From: an uncultured virus (IMG/VR IMGVR_UViG_3300030099_005341)
Lineage: Duplodnaviria > Heunggongvirae > Uroviricota > Caudoviricetes
Virus record (IMG/VR): IMGVR_UViG_3300030099_005341
Length of the DNA stretch: 64,000 nucleotides
Direction: 5' to 3' (one strand)
Of this stretch, positions 30,501 to 40,235 are shown piece by piece; position 1 is the stretch's first letter, and every line of letters starts with the position of its first letter. A program made the position numbers and the translations under genes. A model generated the notes under the pieces. That model saw only the letters and a program-made list of their open reading frames with translations. It was not told the origin of the DNA and searched no databases.

Positions 30501-33500
30501 GAGTTTCTAGCAGACACATTTGCTGTTACAGGTATAATGGCTGGTGCATTTACAGGTTTAGGTGGTTCTATAAATTTAATGAGTGGTAACTTTAACAATA
30601 ATCCTGTTTATAATGTTAACGACATGTTCTTTGATAATAAAGAAGAACAAAAGAAAGAGATTTTAAGAAGAATAAAAACTGGTGAAACAGCTGATCTAAA
30701 TGTTGATATACAAAATGACAACGCTGCGTTTTTTGATATACTAGAAATTCTTAATGAAGAAGGTTTAGCTGATAAGTTAACCAACAACAAAAGAATACAA
30801 CAACAAAGAGAAGAAAGACACAGAGCACAAGAGCTTGAGATATTAAGAAGAGCAAACTCTGGTGATAGACAAAAGCTTGACACTATTGATAAAAAATTAG
30901 AAGAGCTAAACAACAGTGCCGCAGATATAAAAAACACTGAAACACCTGACAATAGTCAACTAGAAAAAATAAATATAGAAAAAGCTAAACTTGAAGTTGA
31001 AAAGGAAAAGATAATAAGACCTTACGCCGAAGCTATGCATAAGGAAAACTGGAATGCTGGTGTTGACAAATTACACAGTATGTATGGTCAATTACAGCCT
31101 GGAAGAAAGCTAAATGTAAGAAAGTTAAACACAGACGAAATAAACGCTTTAAAAGAAGAGTCTATATTAAATCAAAAGAAATATAAAAAAGAAACTAGTG
31201 TTGATGGTAAGGTTTCTTACAGAAACAAAGATGGTGCATTAGTATCACCAGAAGAAGCAAATAAACTTAACAACGAAATACAAGAAGCACAGGCTGGTAC
31301 TACCTATGGTATGTTTGAAGCTAGTAACAACGAGTTGATATTAAACATAGATCAAGCTGGAACTGCCAAAGGAGTTTCTGCGGTAGAGCATGAGTTTTTA
31401 CACGCTGTATTAAATAACATAATGGATAACGATCCAGCTGTACAACATGTAATAGGTCAAGCAATGATGCAGCACTTATTAAGATTAGACCCCGCGCAGG
31501 TAATAAGTAGTGATTTTGCAAAAAGATTAGCTGGTTACCAAGCTGATGCTATGGCTCAAGGTACTCAAGCAGGGTGGGGTAGAGCTCAAGAAGAGGTTAT
31601 AACACTATACGTAGACGCTATTGCTAATGGTGATATAAAAATGGAAGAAGGACCAATGACACATCTTGGTGATATTATGAGAAGAGCCTTTAGACATTTT
31701 GGTATTAATATGAAGTGGAATGATGGCGCGTCGGTTTATAACTGGTTAAAAGATTTTCGTAAGTATTATAAGAAAGGCAAATTTTCTAGTGGTTTTATAA
31801 AAACTCAAGACATGCAAGGTCGTTTTAAAAGTAAAGCAATATTGGGTACAGATCTTTTTAAGCAAGCACAACAAACAGAAATGGATATGCGTGCTATGGA
31901 AGAAGGTGAACAACAAGCTGCTAAATCTGAAGACGCTTATGGTATAAATAAAAAGTATGATGAAAAAGGTGTTGCGGGCTACGAAGATATAATTAAAATA
32001 TATCAAGGTCAAAAAGAAGTAGAAAACGAATATGGTGAAAAATCCTGGACAAGAGATGAGCGTGGTTCAATGATAGATAAAATAGTTAATAGATATGAGA
32101 AAAGAGCTAGGTTTGATACTTATAAAAACGACTTAAGAAAAGCTTTAGCATACGATCCTACGTATGGTGTTTTAGGTTTAATATTAAAGTATAACCAAGA
32201 GGATAATCCTGGTGTACCATTAAATAAATATATAAACAAATACTTAGGTAGAAAAGCTATAGACTTAGCAAATCAAATACTAGGTAAAGATCAAGCCGGT
32301 GATTTTAGAAGTAACGTAGATGATATAGTTGGACTACAAACTAATGAGACAGGTGCTGATGTATTACTAGATCAAAAGCTACAACAAGAATACGAGGGTG
32401 AGATAGATGTACCTAATCTTAGAAAAGAATTAATATTTAGAAATGAAAAAGGAGAACCTGTAAAAGGTATACCTGAAGATCTTATATTAATAGTAAAAGA
32501 TAAAGTTAAAAGAATAGTTAAAAGAGCTGGTTCACCTACAGATCCTAAATTTAAAAAGAAATTACAAGACGAGTTTAAAAACGAACTGTTTAAAGAAATT
32601 AAAAACAGAATGGGTGCTGGTAATAACTATAATATTTTTATAGAAGATAACTGGTCTACTATAAATAAGTTTATACCTACATCAACTTGGGTATCTATAG
32701 AGAGAATGGTTCCTGCAGCAGAAAGAAAGTTTACTTTTATCAAAACTGCAAATATGAATCCTACTCAAACACAAGATGCTATTGACAAAGGATTAATAAG
32801 TCCTATGACAAGTTTAACAGCAGGTAATGATTTACACGCTAAAAAGAAACTTAAGAAAGGAGATATGTTAGATTGGTACTTGAACGTACCTGCTAACACT
32901 AAAGGTGAAAGAAAAACTAGGTTAGCTAAAGAAATAGCTACAGAGATGGCGTTTGATGTTACTATGGAAACGTTAAAGCTTCCTGATGTTATTAAGTTTA
33001 GAAAAGAAGTTACTGACTTAAAAGGTTGGGAAATTGTTAATGATGAAGCAGCGTTGATAGCTAAACAAATAGATAGAGACCCTAATTACAAGTTTAGCAT
33101 GGATTTCGTTGACTCTGGTCAGTTTTTAACAGAAGTTAATAGTTTGGTACCTATATTAAGAGAAAAAGGTTCTAATAGTCAGGAATACCAAGATGCTGTA
33201 GACTTATTAAATCCATTTACAAAAGCATTTATGGAGGAACTTTTAGAAAAGAATCCACATTTAGCTAATAATCCTGACGGATACTTAAATGCTATAAAAG
33301 CTTCTACAAATTTACCTAAAGAATTAATTGATAAAGTTAGAAGTAGAGACTTAAATCTTTACAAAGGTAAATCTTTAGTAGAGTCTGTTGCTAATGAATA
33401 CGCTAAGAACGTAGATAGAATAGCTAAGAAAATAGATCTAGACATGTTATTGAATCTTAGATCTTCATTAGATATATTTAATTTTCATTATAGAGGTTTA

Positions 33501-36500
33501 GATGCTGCTAAACTTAAAAAGAGCACAAATAAACCTGGTAAGTATAGAGGTTTGTTTGATAGTATTATAGAAAATAAATACAAAGATAAAAATTTAAACT
33601 TTAATCCAGGTAATATTCTAGCTATGAATAAAGATGCTGCTTGGTTTAATAGCATGATAAATCCTATATTTGCTTTAGATGGTACTGTAGAACAAAAACT
33701 AGAAATGCTAGCTAAAGTAAGAGATCAACTTGTTGAAATAAACAAAGCAAACATAGACGCTTTTATATACTTTGAAAATAAGTTGGCTGAAAACATAGGT
33801 GGTAAAAATGGTATAACACATGAGTTTATTATACAACTACACCAAGCACAAACTAATTTAGCTTTTGGTTTGAGAGCTCTTAGTAGTATAGATTATTTAT
33901 ATTTAGAAGAAGGTGTACAACTGTTACCAAAAGCTTCTAGCTCTCTTAGTAGAAAGCAAGCTGCTAACAATATGGGTAGAAAATCCATTACTGATAAAGA
34001 ATGGGTAAACTCTCCTGAATATAAAAAGCAGTTAGAAATATATGGTAAAACAAATAACTTTACAAGCGAATATAACAAAGCTAAAAAACAAGCTAAAAAA
34101 GAAGGTAAGAACAATGAGCAAGCGGAGTTGTTTGCGCTTAAAAAAGCTATTAAAAAGTTAACAATAAAAGGTGAGCACCTGGGTGCTAACGCTATAACTA
34201 TGGCTGAAATTAGCGAGCTGCTTATAACTGGTAAAGCTAATCCAGAATCTATAAGAGAAGTTATAAAAGATCATAAACAAATGTTTGGACCAACATGGGT
34301 TTCAGATTTAATGGACTCTAAGGTTGATGAAAATGGAAAGCCTAAATATGGTGGAAGAACAAATCCTGAAGGAGAGTTAAGAATATTAAAAACATTACCG
34401 TCTAATATACAGAATAATATATATCATATATCAGGTGTACCTGCTGTAGATCACTTAGCAGAAGCTGGAGCTATGAGAGCTATTGAAAGCTTGTTAGGTA
34501 GTGTTAATGAATTAGAAAATACTAAGAAGTTAGTTAAACTTTATCAATCTAAAGATCCTGCTATAAAACAAAAAGGTATTAGTATATTAGATTTTGACGA
34601 CACATTAGCTAGATCTAAATCTGGAGTTAGATATACTATGCCAAATCCAACTGGTGAACCACAGCCTGGTAGAAAAGTTATATTTTTAGCTGGTGGAGCT
34701 GGTAGTGGTAAATCAAATGTTGTTAGAAAACTTGGTTTAGAAGAACAAGGTTTTAAAATAGTAAACTCTGATATAGCTTTAGAATGGTTAAAGAAAAACC
34801 ACGGTTTACCTGAAGACATGAGAGACTTAACACCTAAACAATTATCAACGTTAGGTAAGTTAACTTGGGAGGCTAGACAAATAGCCGCAAGAAAAATGAT
34901 GAAGTTTCAAGGTAATGGTGATGGTATAATAGTTGATGGAACAGGTGGCTCATTAAAAAATATGCAAAAGCAAGTCGATGAGTTTAAAGCTAAAGGTTAC
35001 GATGTGCAAATGGTGTTTGTTGAAACATCTCTTGAAACAGCATTGCAAAGAAACCGTGATAGAAAAGAACGTTCATTAAGAGATGGTATTGTAAAACGAA
35101 ATCATGAAAAGGTACAAGGTAATAAAGAAGCGTTTAAAGAATTATTTGGTAATAATTTTGCAGAAGTTAAAACAGACAAACTAGGTTTAGATGATCCAAT
35201 GCCTAACAAACTTGTTAAGAAGTTAGATAAGTTTACAAAAGGTTATATAAAAGGTAGAATAGACGCTACTGGTTTTGCTCAACAAGGTGCAGATCTATTA
35301 GCTAAAGGAGCTGAGTTTGATTTTTCAGAGTTTAACTTAGTTGTAGAAGGTTCTAAAGGACCATTGTTTGAAAAAGCTCAAAAGCTTGCAGAAAAGTATG
35401 GTACTAAAGATATGTTTATATTGACAGCTAGGCCTGCTGAATCACAAAAAGCTATATACGAGTTTATGAAATCTCAAGGTTTAGAAATACCTTTAAAAAA
35501 TATAACTGGCTTAGCTAACTCTACATCTGAAGCAAAAGCATTATGGGTTGCTGAAAAGATAGGTGAAGGGTATAATGATATATACTTTGCTGACGACCAT
35601 TTAGAAAACGTGCAAGCTGTTAAAAATATGGTTGATCAGTTTGATGTTAAAGGTAAAGTGCAGCAAGCTAAATACAAAGAGAGTAAAGATTATAGTGGTG
35701 ATTTTAATAATATACTAGAAGAGTCAACTGGTATGGGTGCTCAGCTAACTTTTTCTGAAGCTGTTGCACAACTTAGAGGTTCTAAAATTGGTAACTGGAG
35801 ATTTTTTGTACCACCATCTGCCGATGATTTTAAAGGTTTGTTATATTACTTTTTAACAAAAGGTAAAAAAGGTGATGAACAAATGGCTTGGTTTCAAAAA
35901 ACTTTATTAGATCCTTTCAACAGAGCTATGAGAGATTTAAACTCTGCTAAACAATCTATAACTTCAGATTATAAATTACTTAGAAAACAAATGCCTGGTG
36001 TTGTTAAAAACTTAAATAACATCGTGGAAGGTACAGATTTTACTTATGACCAAGCTATTAGAGTTTATTTATGGGCTAAAAATGATATTGAAATACCAGG
36101 TATATCAAATAGAGATACAAAAACTTTAGTCAATACTATAGAGAACGATCAACAACTAAAAACATTTGCTGACTTTTTAGGTAAGTTAACAAAACAACCA
36201 GAAGGTTACGTGCAACCAAGTGAATATTGGACAGTTACAAATATAGGTGCTGACTTAGAGTCTATAACCTCTAACGAAGGTAGAGATTTTTACTTACAAG
36301 AGTTTAAAGAAAACAGACGAAAGATATTTGGCGAATGGTATAGAGGTAGACTTATAGGGCCTAACATGAATAAAATAGAAGCTCTTTATGGTAGTAGATA
36401 TAGAGAAGCTTTAGAAGATATACTATGGCGTATGGAAAATGGAACCAATAGAGGTTTCGGTAGTAATCGTTTAACAAATTCATTTAGTAATTGGGTTAAC

Positions 36501-38018
36501 AACTCTGTTGGTGCAATAATGTTCTTTAATGCTAGATCTGCTATATTACAGACTTTATCAACTGTAAACTTTATAAACTGGAGTGACAATAATATATTAA
36601 AAGCTGGTTTAGCTTTTGCTAATCAACCGCAGTTTTGGAAAGACTTTAGTTATATATTTAACTCTGACATGTTAAAGCAAAGAAGAGGTGGTCAACAACG
36701 TGGTATTAACGAGGCTGAACTAGCTGAAGCTGTAAAAGGTAAAAAGAATAAAGCTCAAGCAGCATTAAAATGGTTGTTAACTAAAGGTTTTTTACCTACA
36801 CAAATAGCAGATAGTTTTGCTATTGCTTCTGGTGGTGCTACGTTTTATAGAAATAGAATTAAAACTTATTTAAAGAAAGGTTTAAGTCAAAAAGAAGCAG
36901 AGCAAAAAGCATTTGATGACTTTCAAGCTATTGCAGAGGAAACACAACAGTCAGCTAGACCTGATTTCATATCACAACAACAGGCTTCTCCATTAGGTAG
37001 ATTTATATTAGCATTCCAAAATACACCTATGCAGTATACTCGTTTAACTAAAAAAGCTGCATTAGATTTAATAAACGGTAGAGGTGATTGGAAAACAAAC
37101 GTTTCTAAAATGATGTACTATGGAGCTTTACAGAATTTAATATTCGCTAGTTTACAGTCTGCTTTATTTGCTTTAATGTTTGATGATTTTGAAGAAGAAG
37201 ATGAAAAAACAGAAAAAAGATATATTAGAATAGCAAACACAATGCTTGACTCTATATTAAGAGGTACTGGTGTAGGTGGTGCTGTAGCATCAACTTTAAA
37301 AAATATGATAATAGAGTTTGAAGCTCAAGAATCTAAAGATTGGGGTAGTGATCATGCTTACACCTTAATAGCTATGGCTAATTTATCACCACCTATCGGT
37401 TCTAAGCTTAGAAAGTTGTACTCTGGTATACAGTCTTATAGGTTTAACAAGGATGTAATACCAAGAAGAGGTTTAACACTTGATAATCCAATGTGGCAAG
37501 TTGTTGGTAATGTAACTTCTGCTCTAACAAACTTACCTTTAGATAGAGTTGTTAATAAGGCTAACAACGTTGCTGTAGCAATAGATCAAGAAATGGATAC
37601 ATGGCAAAGAGTTGCGTTGATATTAGGTTGGAACAAATGGGATCTTGGTATTAAAGACGAAGATATTGAAAAAATTAAAGCAACAATAAAAGAAGAAAAG
37701 AAAGAAGCTTCAAGAGCAAAACAAAAAGAAAAAAGAAGAAAAAAACAAGAAGAAAGAAAAAAGAATATCACACCTGATGATAGAGATGGCGATGGTAAAA
37801 AGGAGGTTCGTTGTAATGCTAAAACATCTAGCGGTGCAAGATGTAAAAACGTTACTGAATATTTAGAGCATGGTTTATGTGGTACACACTTAAGATATAT
37901 AAAAGAACCTGGTGTGTATGTTAGTAATGGTGTTTCTTATAACGTTGGAGCTAGTAATTTAAATAGATTTAGAAAAGAACATCCTAATGCTAGGCTAAAA
38001 AAGAAAGTTAACAAGTGA
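27600..38018 (+). CDS. Giant polyvalent virion protein (zincin, HAD phosphatase with nested P-loop kinase, C-terminal CCCH finger)
   Basis: HEFLH at ~31389; DFDDTL ~34590; GGAGSGKS ~34693; LTARP ~35421; FADDH ~35586; C-x10-C-x9-C-x2-H ~37812. Confidence 0.8.
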   Translation: MAELKPEQKQALERMIDELEAKNVDRDEINRQLRARVDEYKSMNEVEEKREKKKDPTNFGEFFSDSIVNIMKPTPPGKPAGSVETTEAEPNASASESEDTQSESSFIGLSNDMLNMYPPVAIQDGTSLHPYTKEPNWYERQEIQKRIYDDKRDMAGDNTTELTDEETNTTVIDGVARKEESWLRGPFKDKYTYTYTKDHPNYKGEGQEVSEQDINKYEAASWVNSLDKKAEAIASQYHDSEMQEKIKKNPLAWVNGDVRAKDVENHELQQSLIKQSKAENQDIDINQDGVYNVEDARIQGEKDLRTEAVAFEKYLKEAEGVLQKKFQDQFYKEYDDQISVAQKKVQTKYAEIFNAQYGEELDKIKKEIVKQHEIDSEKGYYAEWMTGEDISELLDKKYRKATENLHLEFEKIYAKEWEADLNKEIEQLGDEFAEKNNQWFTDSFDRMLKQFTPPGTLIPTTEYDAVDKKFDEAGIIGLPERARMNALNNAWSQVSEALSPSLTSNQLKARKAEFYGRYMRKWSMNSAGEYSQFFFKNMAETMGDKIKPLQSQAKKDMVALRDTDPELFKAVKEAMNIINIPTYDQKDITLKKQKAEAQEILDKNPEMYKSLKGILDRMSTLERANNWRIGIINNPEIKESYFKMLGKGFGHANETDGNIIKYLPFLAGLDAIGEAVDMYELAKKNPKDWTTEERIAAQLFAWKSSSDEISANISSGYRHGKMLQEAAPYIGEFVASGPVFAGTRAVAKKALTKAIMNKADDMMINLYKQGLYKGLTEAGKKQFVKNSRKAILKNRAINGLSFFVGTIAQTTANPQHYIGKTIENMTPELQMQFTLEGDEYLKLLDEGRYNELGPEPTFVEGTELSGWDAAFQGFGLTWAEFATERLGEAVPMLGKHIGEELLVDGTWLKKLYLGWYQKKNKMTPGMLRSTIKKTGWNGILGENFEEWINLPLQNIITGQPLLQGFDGEFLADTFAVTGIMAGAFTGLGGSINLMSGNFNNNPVYNVNDMFFDNKEEQKKEILRRIKTGETADLNVDIQNDNAAFFDILEILNEEGLADKLTNNKRIQQQREERHRAQELEILRRANSGDRQKLDTIDKKLEELNNSAADIKNTETPDNSQLEKINIEKAKLEVEKEKIIRPYAEAMHKENWNAGVDKLHSMYGQLQPGRKLNVRKLNTDEINALKEESILNQKKYKKETSVDGKVSYRNKDGALVSPEEANKLNNEIQEAQAGTTYGMFEASNNELILNIDQAGTAKGVSAVEHEFLHAVLNNIMDNDPAVQHVIGQAMMQHLLRLDPAQVISSDFAKRLAGYQADAMAQGTQAGWGRAQEEVITLYVDAIANGDIKMEEGPMTHLGDIMRRAFRHFGINMKWNDGASVYNWLKDFRKYYKKGKFSSGFIKTQDMQGRFKSKAILGTDLFKQAQQTEMDMRAMEEGEQQAAKSEDAYGINKKYDEKGVAGYEDIIKIYQGQKEVENEYGEKSWTRDERGSMIDKIVNRYEKRARFDTYKNDLRKALAYDPTYGVLGLILKYNQEDNPGVPLNKYINKYLGRKAIDLANQILGKDQAGDFRSNVDDIVGLQTNETGADVLLDQKLQQEYEGEIDVPNLRKELIFRNEKGEPVKGIPEDLILIVKDKVKRIVKRAGSPTDPKFKKKLQDEFKNELFKEIKNRMGAGNNYNIFIEDNWSTINKFIPTSTWVSIERMVPAAERKFTFIKTANMNPTQTQDAIDKGLISPMTSLTAGNDLHAKKKLKKGDMLDWYLNVPANTKGERKTRLAKEIATEMAFDVTMETLKLPDVIKFRKEVTDLKGWEIVNDEAALIAKQIDRDPNYKFSMDFVDSGQFLTEVNSLVPILREKGSNSQEYQDAVDLLNPFTKAFMEELLEKNPHLANNPDGYLNAIKASTNLPKELIDKVRSRDLNLYKGKSLVESVANEYAKNVDRIAKKIDLDMLLNLRSSLDIFNFHYRGLDAAKLKKSTNKPGKYRGLFDSIIENKYKDKNLNFNPGNILAMNKDAAWFNSMINPIFALDGTVEQKLEMLAKVRDQLVEINKANIDAFIYFENKLAENIGGKNGITHEFIIQLHQAQTNLAFGLRALSSIDYLYLEEGVQLLPKASSSLSRKQAANNMGRKSITDKEWVNSPEYKKQLEIYGKTNNFTSEYNKAKKQAKKEGKNNEQAELFALKKAIKKLTIKGEHLGANAITMAEISELLITGKANPESIREVIKDHKQMFGPTWVSDLMDSKVDENGKPKYGGRTNPEGELRILKTLPSNIQNNIYHISGVPAVDHLAEAGAMRAIESLLGSVNELENTKKLVKLYQSKDPAIKQKGISILDFDDTLARSKSGVRYTMPNPTGEPQPGRKVIFLAGGAGSGKSNVVRKLGLEEQGFKIVNSDIALEWLKKNHGLPEDMRDLTPKQLSTLGKLTWEARQIAARKMMKFQGNGDGIIVDGTGGSLKNMQKQVDEFKAKGYDVQMVFVETSLETALQRNRDRKERSLRDGIVKRNHEKVQGNKEAFKELFGNNFAEVKTDKLGLDDPMPNKLVKKLDKFTKGYIKGRIDATGFAQQGADLLAKGAEFDFSEFNLVVEGSKGPLFEKAQKLAEKYGTKDMFILTARPAESQKAIYEFMKSQGLEIPLKNITGLANSTSEAKALWVAEKIGEGYNDIYFADDHLENVQAVKNMVDQFDVKGKVQQAKYKESKDYSGDFNNILEESTGMGAQLTFSEAVAQLRGSKIGNWRFFVPPSADDFKGLLYYFLTKGKKGDEQMAWFQKTLLDPFNRAMRDLNSAKQSITSDYKLLRKQMPGVVKNLNNIVEGTDFTYDQAIRVYLWAKNDIEIPGISNRDTKTLVNTIENDQQLKTFADFLGKLTKQPEGYVQPSEYWTVTNIGADLESITSNEGRDFYLQEFKENRRKIFGEWYRGRLIGPNMNKIEALYGSRYREALEDILWRMENGTNRGFGSNRLTNSFSNWVNNSVGAIMFFNARSAILQTLSTVNFINWSDNNILKAGLAFANQPQFWKDFSYIFNSDMLKQRRGGQQRGINEAELAEAVKGKKNKAQAALKWLLTKGFLPTQIADSFAIASGGATFYRNRIKTYLKKGLSQKEAEQKAFDDFQAIAEETQQSARPDFISQQQASPLGRFILAFQNTPMQYTRLTKKAALDLINGRGDWKTNVSKMMYYGALQNLIFASLQSALFALMFDDFEEEDEKTEKRYIRIANTMLDSILRGTGVGGAVASTLKNMIIEFEAQESKDWGSDHAYTLIAMANLSPPIGSKLRKLYSGIQSYRFNKDVIPRRGLTLDNPMWQVVGNVTSALTNLPLDRVVNKANNVAVAIDQEMDTWQRVALILGWNKWDLGIKDEDIEKIKATIKEEKKEASRAKQKEKRRKKQEERKKNITPDDRDGDGKKEVRCNAKTSSGARCKNVTEYLEHGLCGTHLRYIKEPGVYVSNGVSYNVGASNLNRFRKEHPNARLKKKVNK
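27827..27868 (+). other. Candidate programmed -1 ribosomal frameshift signal
   Basis: In-frame G GGA AAG heptamer, 6-nt spacer, 8-bp stem GGCTCCGT/GCGGAGCC. Confidence 0.65.
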
Positions 38019-38029
38019 TTTACAGATAT

Positions 38030-39079
38030 ATGAATAGATTAATAATACTACTAATAATAATTTTAACATCTTGTACTACGCCTAAAGAATGTTGTTCACA
38101 AGACTTGAATAAAATATTTAAGTTTTCTACGTTTTATGCTGCTGCAAGCGGAGGTACTTCTATATCAGATATAGATGTATACTCTGTTACTAATGGATTA
38201 GAAACTTTTACAGTACAAACGCCGTTTGATTATAATTTAGCTTTTGGTATACGTAAAATAGCTAGATTTGGTTATGAAAACAAAGCTCAAACATTTTACG
38301 ATGGAACTGAAACATCATGGTCTGATGGCGCTAGTATTGGTAAGGTTAGTGGTCTTGAGTTTTTGTTTGAGGTAGATATGAAACGTCAAGAAGGTATAGA
38401 GTATCTTGATCAACATCACTTTATAAGATATGTAGCTGATAATTATATTTTAAAAGGAGAGTATTTACAAGATGGCTTTGCTGATATAGAATACTTTGAA
38501 ACTTCTCAAAGGTATAGATATGATTACAAAGGTGTTTCGTTTAACGTTGGTATAGCGCAAAGAATGTCGGAGCCTTATGGTTATGATCCTTTAGAAGAGT
38601 GGAGACTTGATAATGGTGATATACATTATACTTATCTAGCAATACAAGAGGGTTATAATATAGATGTATATAATTCTATATATACAAATCCAAATGGTGA
38701 CGTAGTTGCTACTAGTTCTGAAGTTTGGGAAGAGGTAGTTATACCAGAAGTATTAGCTAATTATGTTGGTAAAAAAAGAAATGAGTTAGATAGAAAACTA
38801 CAACAATCATTGATAATAGGTTTTGACTACTATTATTACAAAAAAAGTTTTTGGCTACATTCTTGGGCTAATTTAATGCCTTGGCACTATGATGATGGTG
38901 GTACTTTTTCATATCACAATTACAACAACGGTGAACAATGGTATGATTATTCTGGTGGTTTAATATTTGGTTATAAATATAGTAAACACCTTGGTATGTT
39001 TGTAGAAGGTAAATATAATAAATACTGGAATCGTGAGTGGTACGATTTCAAATGTGGAATTAATTACGTAATATTTTAA
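38030..39079 (+). CDS. Exported outer-membrane beta-barrel-like protein
   Basis: Signal peptide (possible lipobox LTSC), aromatic alternating strands, C-terminal GINYVIF ending in Phe. Confidence 0.6.
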   Translation: MNRLIILLIIILTSCTTPKECCSQDLNKIFKFSTFYAAASGGTSISDIDVYSVTNGLETFTVQTPFDYNLAFGIRKIARFGYENKAQTFYDGTETSWSDGASIGKVSGLEFLFEVDMKRQEGIEYLDQHHFIRYVADNYILKGEYLQDGFADIEYFETSQRYRYDYKGVSFNVGIAQRMSEPYGYDPLEEWRLDNGDIHYTYLAIQEGYNIDVYNSIYTNPNGDVVATSSEVWEEVVIPEVLANYVGKKRNELDRKLQQSLIIGFDYYYYKKSFWLHSWANLMPWHYDDGGTFSYHNYNNGEQWYDYSGGLIFGYKYSKHLGMFVEGKYNKYWNREWYDFKCGINYVIF

Positions 39080-39080
39080 A

Positions 39081-39362
39081 ATGACAAAAGAATTAAATGA
39101 AAATACTAGCTTTAAAGTTAGTATACAAACGTTGATAGGTATAGGATTTGCTATGGCTACAATAATAGGTATGTGGTTTGCTTTACAAGCAGATATTGCA
39201 GAAGCAAAGGAGTTACCATCACCTCCAGACCCAGAGGTAACACGTATGGAGTTTGATATGAAAGATCAAATGATACGTAATACTATTATGGAAACTAAAA
39301 AAGATGTAGAAGAAATAAAAGAGTCTTTAGAAAAAATAGAAGACAAACTATATAATAGATAA
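39081..39362 (+). CDS. Single-TM coiled-coil membrane protein
   Basis: TM LIGIGFAMATIIGMWFAL plus C-terminal heptads. Confidence 0.6.
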   Translation: MTKELNENTSFKVSIQTLIGIGFAMATIIGMWFALQADIAEAKELPSPPDPEVTRMEFDMKDQMIRNTIMETKKDVEEIKESLEKIEDKLYNR

Positions 39363-39366
39363 TTAA

Positions 39367-39687
39367 ATGAAAAAAATAATAATACTACTATTACTTTGGT
39401 CTAGCATAGTTAATGCTCAGGTTAAAGTTATACACTTCAATGCTGAATGGAACAGCGCTAATAACGTTGAATGGTTTAGTAAGCTTTCTGACGCTAAAAA
39501 AGAAAGTATGGATATTGGAGATGGTGATTGTCAAAAAAAATATAAGATAGCTGTTGTACCAACTATCATTATATTTAAAGACGGTGAAGAGGTAAAAAGA
39601 TTTCAAGCTGATTTAAGTTTTAAACTTTTAGCAACTAGAAAAGAAGTGCAAGAAGAGATTGATGAACAATTAATGAGTGATTTTTAA
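39367..39687 (+). CDS. Exported thioredoxin-fold protein lacking CxxC
   Basis: Signal peptide VNA|Q; FNAEWNSAN at the FxAxWCxxC position; VPTIIIFKDGEEVKRF cis-Pro motif. Confidence 0.7.
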   Translation: MKKIIILLLLWSSIVNAQVKVIHFNAEWNSANNVEWFSKLSDAKKESMDIGDGDCQKKYKIAVVPTIIIFKDGEEVKRFQADLSFKLLATRKEVQEEIDEQLMSDF

Positions 39688-40235
39688 TGGCTAATTTATT
39701 TAAAAAATTTGATATAAAAAAGCTAAAAGGTAAAAAACCTCCTAGCGATAATTCTTTTGATACGGATCAAGAGATAAAACATATTGCTAAAATACCTATA
39801 AACAAAAAGTTTATAAAAGACAAAGATGATGTTTATGGTTCTTTTAAAAAGACAGCTAAAGAAAATAACGTGGAGTTCCCAAGCAAACAAGTTGGTAGAT
39901 TAATAGATGATTCAAGAGAGGTAATAAGTAAATTAAAAATGCACTTTAACAGGCCAAGACCAAAGGTTTTAGCTAAAAAAAGAGGTATGAAACTAGAAAA
40001 CGTCATGCTCAAATCAATGGACACACCTTCTTACCCTTCAGGTCACTCAACACAAGGTATACTTGTTGCTAAATATATGTGTGACATGTATCCAAGTAAG
40101 TCAAAACAGTTTATGAAAACAGGAAAAGATATATCTAATAGTAGATTATCAGCTAGGTGTCATTATCCTTCTGATAGTAAATTTGGAGAAAAGCTAGGTG
40201 AAGAAATGTACAAACATGTAAAAAATAAAATATAA
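39687..40235 (+). CDS. PAP2-superfamily phosphatase/haloperoxidase
   Basis: K-x6-RP (KMHFNRPRP), PSGH, SR-x5-H-x3-D (SRLSARCHYPSD). Confidence 0.85.
   Translation: MANLFKKFDIKKLKGKKPPSDNSFDTDQEIKHIAKIPINKKFIKDKDDVYGSFKKTAKENNVEFPSKQVGRLIDDSREVISKLKMHFNRPRPKVLAKKRGMKLENVMLKSMDTPSYPSGHSTQGILVAKYMCDMYPSKSKQFMKTGKDISNSRLSARCHYPSDSKFGEKLGEEMYKHVKNKI

Noticed and set aside
37775..37800. DRDGD as an RNA polymerase DxDGD motif
   Set aside because: Sits in a charged low-complexity tail without surrounding RNAP context
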